The position numbers and the translations under genes were made by a program. Below are positions 56,656 to 64,000 of a stretch of 64,000 bases of DNA, one piece after another (the stretch's first letter is position 1; every line of letters begins with the position of its first letter). Under the pieces are notes generated by a model, which saw only the letters and a program-made list of their open reading frames with translations, had not been told where the DNA came from and did not search any database. Source of the stretch: Alphaproteobacteria bacterium (GTDB lineage: Bacteria > Pseudomonadota > Alphaproteobacteria > JAEULC01); the NCBI GenBank assembly GCA_020846275.1, contig JADLEG010000183.1:9693-73692 (forward strand). The letters run 5' to 3'.

Positions 56656-58569
56656 CTACGAGTTCTCCGCGGCCGACAGCCTCGCCAACGTCGTGATGCG
56701 AGCGGCAGACGCAGAGGGTGCGGCATACTCGATCGTCCCAATGATCGCTGCCGTGCTACCATTTTCGTGCAGATCGGCGACGCACGCTCCCGCTTCGGCT
56801 TGGCGAACACCGGCAAGGAGACCGCCTGCGGTCTGGGGATCGAACAGGAGCGCCAGGGTGGCTGGGTCCGCTTCGCCGTCGATCAAGCCGCGGAGCGAAA
56901 GATTCTCGGGCAGCAGGGTCGATGCGATGCCCTGGCCGACCAGGGAAAGGGCTTCGGGCAAGACGGGAATGGCGGATAGGTCGAGCCGGGCATCGCAGCC
57001 GCTTGCCGCCAGCATCTCGCCGAGATGCCCCGCCAGGCCGAACCCCGACACATCGGTCATCGCGGTCGCCCCGTGGGCGATCAGGATCTCCGCCGCCCGG
57101 CGGTTCGACCGTCGCATCTCCGTCAGGGCCGCCTCAATCGCCCGCGCTGACGTTCGGCCACGCATGGCGCCCGCAAACAAAATCCCGGTGCCGAGGAGCT
57201 TGGTCAGGATCAGCGCGTCGCCCGGCTTGAGGCCGCCCTTGCGAAGGGCGGAACCGGGTGCCAGCTCGCCCGTGACCGAGAAGCCCAGCGCCAGTTCGGG
57301 GCCTTCGCTGGAGTGACCGCCGACCAGCGCGACGCCCTCGCGGTCCAGGCAGGCGCGGGCGCCGGCGAGCACCTGGAACAGCGCCTCCTCCACCTTCGCC
57401 GCCGGCCCCGGTGGCACCACGCCGATCGCCAAGGCATAGCGTGGCAAGCCGCCCATGGCGTAGACGTCGCCCAGCGCATGATTGGCGGCGCAGCCGCCAC
57501 AACGCATTTCCGGCGGCGGAGAGGCGGTGCCCGCGGCCGGCCGCTGCTTCGCCATGCGCGCTGTCAGCCGCCCGGTGTCCTGGTACATCCGCATCCAGCG
57601 CCGGTCGATCCAGTCCTTGAGGGTCCAAACCCAGGCGCCCTCGGCCTTGAACCAGCCGCGCGACGCAACCGCACGGCGCTCGCCCGTGGAGATCAGGGCC
57701 AGGTGACGCTGCTGCGGCGTCCAGGGGCGCGGGGGGTTGCCGCGGGCACGCCGCCGCAGATTGGCCGCCAATGGCGGTCCCGCCCGTACGGCGAAAACGC
57801 CCGCCTTCGGGCGCGGCGTTTCCACCAGGGCCGCGCAATCGCCGGCGGCGAACACGTCCGCATCGCCGAGACTCTGCAGGGTCGGCCCGGCCGCGAGGAA
57901 CCCCTGCGGGTCAAGCACCAGGCCGGTGTCGCGAAACCATGCCGGCGCCGCCGCGTGCGTGGTCACCAGCACCGCATCGGCCGGCAGGCTCGGGCCGTCC
58001 GCAAGGTCGATCAGGCCGGCCCGCAGCGCCCGCACCTTGCAGCCTTCATGCAGCGCCACGGCGCGGCTCTGCAGGATGCGGCGGAACGCGTCGCGGACCT
58101 TCGGGTCATGCGAGGCAAGGATCTCGCCGTCCGTGACCAGGGTGAAGGCGAACGCCGCGCGGTCCTGTCCCGCCGCGTCAGCATCCGCGAGCAGGCGCGA
58201 GCGCACGGATAGCAGCAGCTCGACTCCGCCCGCGCCGCCGCCCACGACTGCGATCCGCCGCGGCCCCGCAAGGTCCCGGCACCGGGACCGCAGCGTCTCG
58301 AACTTCGCCAGGAACGCGCCGATCGGCTTGACCGCGATTGCGCACTGGGCAGCGCCAGCGATCTGTTCCAGGGCCGGTTCGATGCCCACGTCGATCGACA
58401 ACAGGTCATAGGCGATCGGCGGTCGCCCTTTCAGCAGCACGCGCTTTTCAGCACGGTCCAGCCCGACTGCCTCGGCGTGGATCAATCGCGCGCCGGCGAC
58501 GGCGGTCAGGCGCAGGAGGTCGAGGCGTTTGCCCGCGGCGACGGGTTCACCGTCTACGCCAACGCGCAA
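56656..58569 (-). CDS. NADH-dehydrogenase-like (pyr_redox) domain fused to SelD-like (selenide, water dikinase/PurM-fold) domain; apparently degenerate
   Basis: The C-terminal ~300 aa matches SelD (VYAMGG, VGGHSSEGPE, LTKLLGTGIL, AMTDVSGFGLAGHLGEM, FDPQTAGGLL). It lacks about 60 aa between the Cys motif and the FAMGG-equivalent. The N-terminal half is NDH-2-like with the NAD Rossmann IAVVGGGAGG and GDCA, but has no first FAD GxGxxG. An in-frame stop lies immediately upstream of the TTG start. Confidence 0.65.
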   Translation of the reverse strand: MRVGVDGEPVAAGKRLDLLRLTAVAGARLIHAEAVGLDRAEKRVLLKGRPPIAYDLLSIDVGIEPALEQIAGAAQCAIAVKPIGAFLAKFETLRSRCRDLAGPRRIAVVGGGAGGVELLLSVRSRLLADADAAGQDRAAFAFTLVTDGEILASHDPKVRDAFRRILQSRAVALHEGCKVRALRAGLIDLADGPSLPADAVLVTTHAAAPAWFRDTGLVLDPQGFLAAGPTLQSLGDADVFAAGDCAALVETPRPKAGVFAVRAGPPLAANLRRRARGNPPRPWTPQQRHLALISTGERRAVASRGWFKAEGAWVWTLKDWIDRRWMRMYQDTGRLTARMAKQRPAAGTASPPPEMRCGGCAANHALGDVYAMGGLPRYALAIGVVPPGPAAKVEEALFQVLAGARACLDREGVALVGGHSSEGPELALGFSVTGELAPGSALRKGGLKPGDALILTKLLGTGILFAGAMRGRTSARAIEAALTEMRRSNRRAAEILIAHGATAMTDVSGFGLAGHLGEMLAASGCDARLDLSAIPVLPEALSLVGQGIASTLLPENLSLRGLIDGEADPATLALLFDPQTAGGLLAGVRQAEAGACVADLHENGSTAAIIGTIEYAAPSASAARITTLARLSAAENS

Positions 58570-58586
58570 GCCCTGCGGAATGCATC

Positions 58587-58844
58587 ATGACCGCAGCCGC
58601 GGAGAAGCTGGTCCGCATGGCTAACCAGATATCGCGCTTCTTCACGTCCTCAGGCGAAACCCAGGCCATCGCCGACACGGCCGACCACATCGTCAAGTTC
58701 TGGGACCCGCGGATGCGCGCCCAACTGCTGGCACACGTGGACGCGGGTGGTACGGGGCTGGACCCTGTGGCGCTGCAAGCGGCCAAGGATTTGGCCAAAC
58801 GAAGTTTGGCCAAAAAGCCGTTGCCCACGACCGCGTGCAACTAG
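58587..58844 (+). CDS. formate dehydrogenase delta-subunit (FdsD)-like small protein
   Basis: 85 aa. …LVRMANQISRFF…IADHIVKFWDPRMRAQLLAHVDAGGTGLDP… matches the FdsD family pattern. There are no other fds genes in the window. Confidence 0.6.
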   Translation: MTAAAEKLVRMANQISRFFTSSGETQAIADTADHIVKFWDPRMRAQLLAHVDAGGTGLDPVALQAAKDLAKRSLAKKPLPTTACN

Positions 58845-58963
58845 GCCGGCGCGTAGCAATCGACCGATTGCAAGCTCAGCGCCCCAGGGGGCGTATCTCT
58901 TGTAGGTAGGATTGCGAGTAGGAAGGCTCTCTATATGCCAAAATATTGATTTGGCATGATAAT

Positions 58964-59055
<92 letters not shown>

Positions 59056-59262
59056 GCACCTCTCCGCGGGGCTCCGCCGGCCCGCCCCGATTGCAGGGGC
59101 CGGCCCGGGGCTGGCGAGCGGCGGAACCTAGCCAAGACCGCGCCCGCTCGCAAGCGCGATTGCCCTTTCGCCCTGGATTCTATAGACAACCGGCGCTGCC
59201 GCGGCCTTGGCGAGAGGCCCGCGGGGCCATTCCGGCCCCGTCCCGGCGCATGGACGCGAACC

Positions 59263-60426
59263 ATGGACGACCAACAGCCCTTCGGCGATCCGGGCAGCAA
59301 GCTGTTGCCCGCGGGCCTGGCCGACGGCCTGCCGCCGGAGGCCGGGCACGAATCCATGCTGGTCGCTCGGCTGGTTGCCCGCTTCGCCGCCCAGGGCTAT
59401 GCGCTGGTCAAGCCGCCGCTGGTCGAGTTCGAGGAATCGCTGCTGAGCGGCATCGGCGCGGCGCTGCGCCAGCACTGCTTCCGGCTGATGGACCCGGTCT
59501 CGCAGCGCATGATGGGAGTCCGCCCCGACATCACGCCGCAGGTCGCCCGCATCGCCCGCACACGGTTGGCCCGCGCGCCGCGGCCGCTGCGCCTGTGCTA
59601 CGCGGGCGAGGTATTGCGGGTGCGCGGAACCCAGCTTCGTCCGACCCGGCAGTTCGAGCAGGTCGGCGCCGAGGTGATCGGCGCATCCTCGGCCGCCGCC
59701 GACGCCGAGGCGGTGGTGCTGGGGGCCGGCGCGCTGGAGGCGATCGGCGTCGCCGGCCTGTCGGTCGATCTGTGCGTGCCGACGCTGGTTCCGCAGCTTG
59801 CCGAGGCGCTGGGCCTCGCGCCGGGGCAGGTGACCGGCCTACGGGCGGCGCTCGACCGCAAGGACATCGCCGCGGTGGAGACCGCGCTGGCGGGAACCCA
59901 TGCCCGGGCGATCCCCACGGTCACGGCCCTGCTGCGGGCAACCGGCGCGGCCGACCAGGCCCTGGCGGGGCTGCGCCGTCTCGACCTGCCCCCTGCCGCC
60001 GCGGCCGAGCGCGACCGGCTGACCGAGGTGGTGGAGTTGGTGCGCCGCGCCATGCCCGCGCTGACGCTGACGATCGATCCGGTCGAGATGCGCGGCTTCG
60101 AGTATGACATCGGCGTCAGCTTCACCTTTTTCGCCCGCGGCGTGCATGGCGAGCTGGGACGCGGCGGGCGCTACATGGCGGCCGGGGCCGAGCCGTCCAC
60201 CGGCTTCACCCTGTTCATGGACGCGATCGCCCCTGCCCTGCCGCCGCCGCCCGCGCCGCGCCGCGCGTTTCTGCCGCTCGATACGCCGCAGCCGGTGGGC
60301 GCCGCGTTGCGCGCGGAGGGGTGGACAACCGTCGCCGGGCTGGACGCCGTAACCGACGCGCCGGCCGAGGCGCGCCGCCAGGGCTGCACCCATTGCTGGC
60401 GCGACGGGGCGGTGGTCGCGGTCTGA
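59263..60426 (+). CDS. hisZ: ATP phosphoribosyltransferase regulatory subunit HisZ
   Basis: 387 aa. Class-II aaRS-like HisZ pattern (…LLPAGLADGLPPEA…, …MMGVRPDITPQVARI…, …LCYAGEVLR…) immediately upstream of purA, as in many alphaproteobacteria. Confidence 0.8.
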   Translation: MDDQQPFGDPGSKLLPAGLADGLPPEAGHESMLVARLVARFAAQGYALVKPPLVEFEESLLSGIGAALRQHCFRLMDPVSQRMMGVRPDITPQVARIARTRLARAPRPLRLCYAGEVLRVRGTQLRPTRQFEQVGAEVIGASSAAADAEAVVLGAGALEAIGVAGLSVDLCVPTLVPQLAEALGLAPGQVTGLRAALDRKDIAAVETALAGTHARAIPTVTALLRATGAADQALAGLRRLDLPPAAAAERDRLTEVVELVRRAMPALTLTIDPVEMRGFEYDIGVSFTFFARGVHGELGRGGRYMAAGAEPSTGFTLFMDAIAPALPPPPAPRRAFLPLDTPQPVGAALRAEGWTTVAGLDAVTDAPAEARRQGCTHCWRDGAVVAV

Positions 60427-60473
60427 CCGAGGTTACTTTATATCTGCATAGCTAGCCGAAAGGGGTTTGCCTG

Positions 60474-61769
60474 ATGGCGAACGTGGCGGTTGTGGGCGCC
60501 CAGTGGGGCGACGAAGGCAAGGGCAAGATCGTCGATTGGCTGAGCGAACGCGCCGACGTGGTGGTGCGCTTCCAGGGCGGCCACAACGCCGGCCACACGC
60601 TGGTGATCGGCAACGCCACCTATAAGCTGAGCCTGCTGCCATCGGGCGTGGTGCGTCCGGGCAAGCTGGCGCTGATCGGCAACGGCGTGGTGGTCGATCC
60701 CTGGGCGCTGCTGGCGGAGATCGAGACGGTGCGCGGCCAGGGCGTGTCGGTCGGGCCCGAGAACCTGCGCGTCGCCGACAACGCGCCCTTGATCCTGCCG
60801 CTGCATTCCGAGCTCGACAAGGCGCGCGAGGCGGCGCAGGGCGGCGCGCACAAGATCGGCACGACCGGCCGCGGCATCGGTCCGGCCTACGAGGACAAGG
60901 TGGGCCGCCGCGCGATCCGCCTGTGCGACCTGGCCGACCCGGCGGGGCTGGAGGCGCGCATCGCCTCGCTGCTGGCGCACCACAACATCCTGCGCAAGGG
61001 CCTGGGCCTGCCGGAGGTGACGCCGGAGGCGCTGAAGGCGAAGCTGATGGAGATCGCCCCGCGCCTGCTGCCCTTCGCCGAGCCGGTGTGGCAGAGGCTG
61101 GACGGGCTGCGCCGCGCCGGTCGTCGCATCCTGTTCGAGGGCGCGCAGGCGATCATGCTCGACGTCGACCACGGCACCTATCCCTACGTCACCTCGTCCA
61201 ACGCCGTGTCCGCCATGGCGGCGGTGGGATCGGGGCTGGGGCCACAGGCCGTGGGCTACGTGCTGGGGATCGTCAAGGCCTACACCACGCGCGTCGGCTC
61301 CGGCCCCTTCCCGACCGAACAGGCCAACCCCACGGGCGAGCGCCTGGGCGAGCGCGGGCGCGAGTTCGGCACGGTCACCGGGCGCAAGCGGCGCTGCGGC
61401 TGGTTCGACGCGGTGATGGTGCGCCAGGCGATCAAGATGGGTGGCATCGCCGGCATCGCGCTGACCAAGCTCGACGTGCTGGACGGATTCGACGAACTGC
61501 AGGTCTGCACGGCCTATCGGCTGGGCGGGACGGTGATGCACCACCTGCCCGCCGCCGCGGCGGCGCAGGCCAAGGTCAAGCCGGTCTACGAGACGCTGCC
61601 AGGCTGGAAAGAGAGTACGCGCGGCGCGCGGTCGTGGATCGACCTGCCGGCGCAGGCGGTGAAGTACATAAGGCGCATCGAGGAGCTGATCGAGTGCCCC
61701 GTGGCGCTGCTCTCCACCAGCCCCGACCGCGATGACACGATCATGGTCAAGGATCCCTACGCCGACTAG
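60474..61769 (+). CDS. purA: adenylosuccinate synthetase
   Basis: [43 protein letters not shown]… is the canonical PurA N-terminus. 431 aa. Confidence 0.95.
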   Translation: MANVAVVGAQWGDEGKGKIVDWLSERADVVVRFQGGHNAGHTLVIGNATYKLSLLPSGVVRPGKLALIGNGVVVDPWALLAEIETVRGQGVSVGPENLRVADNAPLILPLHSELDKAREAAQGGAHKIGTTGRGIGPAYEDKVGRRAIRLCDLADPAGLEARIASLLAHHNILRKGLGLPEVTPEALKAKLMEIAPRLLPFAEPVWQRLDGLRRAGRRILFEGAQAIMLDVDHGTYPYVTSSNAVSAMAAVGSGLGPQAVGYVLGIVKAYTTRVGSGPFPTEQANPTGERLGERGREFGTVTGRKRRCGWFDAVMVRQAIKMGGIAGIALTKLDVLDGFDELQVCTAYRLGGTVMHHLPAAAAAQAKVKPVYETLPGWKESTRGARSWIDLPAQAVKYIRRIEELIECPVALLSTSPDRDDTIMVKDPYAD

Positions 61770-61775
61770 GGGCGG

Positions 61776-62507
61776 GTGAAGCAGGCCCGCCTGGACCCGA
61801 TGCGGCACGACCGTACAGAACGGCGCCGCACCGGCCTGCTCCGCCGCCTGTGGCGCGCCATCAAGATCGCCGTCGTGGCGCTGGCAGCCCTGTGGGCTGG
61901 CGGCATCCTTGCCTACCGCTTCGTCGATCCGCCCATGACGCCGCTGATGCTGCTACGCCTGGGCGATGGCGTGGGGATCAATCACGCTTCGATCGGGCTT
62001 GGCCAGGTCGCGGCAAGCCTGCCGCGCGCGGTGATCGCGGCGGAGGACAACCGCTTCTGCCAGCACCACGGCATCGATTTCGCGGCGATCCAGGACGCGA
62101 TCGACGAGCACGAGGAGGGGCGCGCGCTGCGCGGCGCCAGCACCATCACCATGCAGCTCGCGCGCAACTTGTTTCTCTGGCCGGGCGGCGGGTTCGCGCG
62201 CAAGGGCATCGAGGCCGCCACGGCGCTCGCGATCGACGTGGCCTGGCCCAAGCGCCGCCAGATCGAGGTCTACCTCAACATCGTGGAATGGGCGCCGGGC
62301 GTCTATGGCGCCGAGGCCGCCGCGCGCCACCATTTCCGCAAGCCGGCGGCGCAATTGACGGCACGCGAATCCGCGCTGCTGGCCGCGGTCCTGCCCAGCC
62401 CGCGGCGCTGGTCGGCGGGCCAGCCCGGCGGCTACGTGCAGAACCGCGCGGATATCATCCAGCAACGCGTCGGCCAACTGGGGCCGCTCTTGGCCTGCAT
62501 CGGATAG
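61776..62507 (+). CDS. mtgA: monofunctional biosynthetic peptidoglycan transglycosylase
   Basis: 243 aa. N-terminal TM helix, …AVIAAEDNRFCQHHGIDF…, …GASTITMQLARNLFL… are GT51 transglycosylase motifs. Confidence 0.85.
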   Translation: MKQARLDPMRHDRTERRRTGLLRRLWRAIKIAVVALAALWAGGILAYRFVDPPMTPLMLLRLGDGVGINHASIGLGQVAASLPRAVIAAEDNRFCQHHGIDFAAIQDAIDEHEEGRALRGASTITMQLARNLFLWPGGGFARKGIEAATALAIDVAWPKRRQIEVYLNIVEWAPGVYGAEAAARHHFRKPAAQLTARESALLAAVLPSPRRWSAGQPGGYVQNRADIIQQRVGQLGPLLACIG

Positions 62508-62513
62508 CGCGGC

Positions 62514-62825
62514 TCAACCCGGCTCGACGACATCGCCGATATGGATATCGCCGCCGGCGAGGATCCGGCAGTTCAGGCCCGAGCGGTTGATTACGACCCC
62601 GTGATCGGGCGCCAGCGCCTCGAGGGTTTCAACCTCGAACAGCGTGATCGGCCGGCCCTCCTCGGGCTTGTTCGAGTAGAAACCGGTGCCGTCCTTGTAG
62701 CGGCCGCCCGCGACGCCCTGGCCGGCCAGCAGCGCGAGCGCCTGACGCGGCTGCATCGGCAGGCCCGCCCCTGCCGCCAGATGCAGATGCACCACGGCGC
62801 CGCGCCAAGAGCCATCCGTTGGCAT
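62514..62825 (-). CDS. MOSC domain-containing protein (small)
   Basis: 103 aa from the internal ATG. …GRYKDGTGFYSNKPEEGRPITLFE… resembles small MOSC-domain proteins. The upstream 73 aa of the ORF-track frame is Arg/Ser/Pro-rich junk and was rejected. Confidence 0.65.
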   Translation of the reverse strand: MPTDGSWRGAVVHLHLAAGAGLPMQPRQALALLAGQGVAGGRYKDGTGFYSNKPEEGRPITLFEVETLEALAPDHGVVINRSGLNCRILAGGDIHIGDVVEPG

Positions 62826-62847
62826 TGCGCTTCTCCGGCCTCGGGAC

Positions 62848-64000
62848 TCAGGAAGGGTTGAACGGCGTGTAGATGGTCTCGACCGAGTCGATAACCTGGC
62901 ACAGGACATCGCCGGGCGCGGAACCGCCGACGGCGACGGCGATATGAACCAATCCCTCGGCTGTGGTCCAGGCGCGATGGACCAGCGCGGCAGGCTTGAT
63001 CGCGCGCGTGCATGCATCCATCGATTCGAACGCCGTCGTGTCATAGGCGTCGTTGATCCAGCCTCTCTTCACGAGCCCCGCCCGAGCGCGCGCCAGCAGC
63101 CCCGCGCTCTGCCGCTTCGACTCGGCCTCGTTTCCGCGCGGCGTCAGAAAGCTGTACAGGATGACCGCGGGTCGCAGGCCGCCTTGGACCCGCGCGAAGA
63201 GGCCGTTGATCATCTCATCGCCGCGTTTCGGCGCACCCGATAGCTCCAGATCCTGCCAGCGCAGCCATCCGGGCGGCCGGCACACGCGCAGATTGAGATT
63301 GTGGAAGTTCGTTGGTATGAAGCGGTCGATTTCGGCCGGATAGACAAGCGTGAATTCGCGGTCCTTGTCCGCGATGTCGACAAGGCGGCCGTTGACATAG
63401 AGTTCCGCCCGGTAGCGCCCGGGACCAAGGCAGGAACCGACACGCGCAGAGTAGGATCGGTAGAGCGAGATCGAATCGCCAACGGACACCAGCGTGTCGT
63501 TGGCCGTCACGGGTCCGGTCACGCCCTGCAGCGTGTACCAGGTGTTCCACGCCTCGTCGTGGCCGTACCAGGCGACGGAAATCCGGTCGCGCTTGGAATC
63601 GAAGCCGGGCAATCGCGCGTCGAAAAGCACGCTGCCAGGCGTCACCGAAACATGAACGCCGCCGACCGTCATGGCCGGGGCCGGTCCTTGCGGCGCCGCT
63701 TCGCTGGCGCCGATAAACTGTTCCTTCAAGCGCCGAACCTCGTCCGCGAGCGCCTTGACCTTGTCGTCCGCCTCGGATGAATGGCGCGTCGCCAGCAGCA
63801 GCTCGAGATCTGTCGCCACCGAGGCCCGCAGCTTTGGCGGCATGGGGGGCTCGCCCTTGAGGGCGGCCATGTACATCGCATGCCCGCGTTCGATGTTGCC
63901 CTTGGCCAGCAAGGCCAATCCAAGATTGGCGCGCACAAGGGGAACGCTGGAAGTCAGCGCATCGCCGGCAAGGTCGATGCCGCGAAGGGCGCGCTCCAGC
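62848..64000 (-). CDS. hypothetical protein with TPR-like N-terminal region (5' end beyond window)
   Basis: The frame stays open to the window edge (…DALTSSVPLVRANLGLALLAKGNIERGHAMYMAAL…). No recognisable catalytic motifs. Confidence 0.5.
   Translation of the reverse strand, partial: LERALRGIDLAGDALTSSVPLVRANLGLALLAKGNIERGHAMYMAALKGEPPMPPKLRASVATDLELLLATRHSSEADDKVKALADEVRRLKEQFIGASEAAPQGPAPAMTVGGVHVSVTPGSVLFDARLPGFDSKRDRISVAWYGHDEAWNTWYTLQGVTGPVTANDTLVSVGDSISLYRSYSARVGSCLGPGRYRAELYVNGRLVDIADKDREFTLVYPAEIDRFIPTNFHNLNLRVCRPPGWLRWQDLELSGAPKRGDEMINGLFARVQGGLRPAVILYSFLTPRGNEAESKRQSAGLLARARAGLVKRGWINDAYDTTAFESMDACTRAIKPAALVHRAWTTAEGLVHIAVAVGGSAPGDVLCQVIDSVETIYTPFNPS

Noticed and set aside
58547-58840. 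Antisense ORF to fdsD beginning MHAVVGNGFLAKLRLAKSL, superficially like the missing FAD-binding Rossmann motif of the NDH-like domain
   Set aside because: Only about 16 residues look Rossmann-like and the rest has no NDH-2 similarity. It is out of frame with the SelD-like gene, and the sense-strand FdsD-like reading is conserved over its whole length; judged coincidental.

Overview
This 64-kb window is a high-GC, Gram-negative chromosome segment, alphaproteobacterium-like and roughly 68-72% GC by eye. It is densely coding and dominated by accessory uptake and catabolic functions. I found no rRNA, CRISPR array, IS element, transposase or integrase. One tRNA-Ser(CGA) lies at 58964-59055. The ORF track treats GTG/TTG as starts and, because of the GC content, contains many long spurious antisense ORFs; I annotated only ORFs with recognisable protein-family signatures. 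Several predicted starts were moved downstream to internal ATG/GTG codons that sit at coupled stop/start overlaps or carry a Shine-Dalgarno sequence.

Main contents, left to right:
- 72-2237: a family-1 ABC importer tail (PotA-type ATPase plus substrate-binding protein).
- 2403-9211: a conserved three-gene 'transglutaminase / circularly-permuted ATP-grasp + alpha-E / large transglutaminase (DUF2126-type)' system of unknown function.
- 9406-9963: a divergently transcribed Fae-like (formaldehyde-activating enzyme family) gene.
- 10331-10999: an orphan PEP-CTERM (exosortase-substrate) secreted protein with an AT-rich upstream region and a sigma-54-like promoter.
- 11071-14989: an Fe3+/FbpABC-type ABC importer.
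- 15015-20608: an uncharacterised operon of a divergent SucCD-like ADP-forming CoA ligase, two crotonase-fold hydratases and an SDR dehydrogenase under a GntR regulator, divergent from an aldose-1-epimerase gene plus ABC importer (20745-25549).
- 25546-30584: a DeoR-regulated kinase / GlpA-like FAD dehydrogenase (BFD [2Fe-2S]) / FAD-NAD oxidoreductase / IMPase-family phosphatase operon.
- 30714-36951: a DppABCDF-type peptide/opine-type ABC importer.
- 36968-45542: a PMH-like (phosphonate monoester hydrolase) alkaline-phosphatase-superfamily enzyme, an MR/MLE enolase-superfamily enzyme, another ABC importer and a class-III aminotransferase.
- About 45.55-56.55 kb: an ~11-kb island of clearly lower GC encoding GlpD-like and OCD/mu-crystallin enzymes, a GntR regulator, a DapA-family enzyme, a PotABCD-type importer and an OYE-FAD fusion (N-methylproline-demethylase-like). 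Three near-identical promoter/operator modules lie inside this island.
- 56656-58569: a degenerate NADH-dehydrogenase-like/SelD-like fusion abutting an orphan fdsD-like gene and tRNA-Ser.
- 59263-63000: core genes hisZ, purA, mtgA and a MOSC-domain protein, plus a partial TPR-like hypothetical gene at the window end.

The best candidates for undescribed biology are the transglutaminase/ATP-grasp peptide-modification-like system, the DeoR kinase-dehydrogenase-phosphatase module, the divergent SucCD/crotonase operon, and the low-GC catabolic island with its repeated GntR-type operator-promoter.
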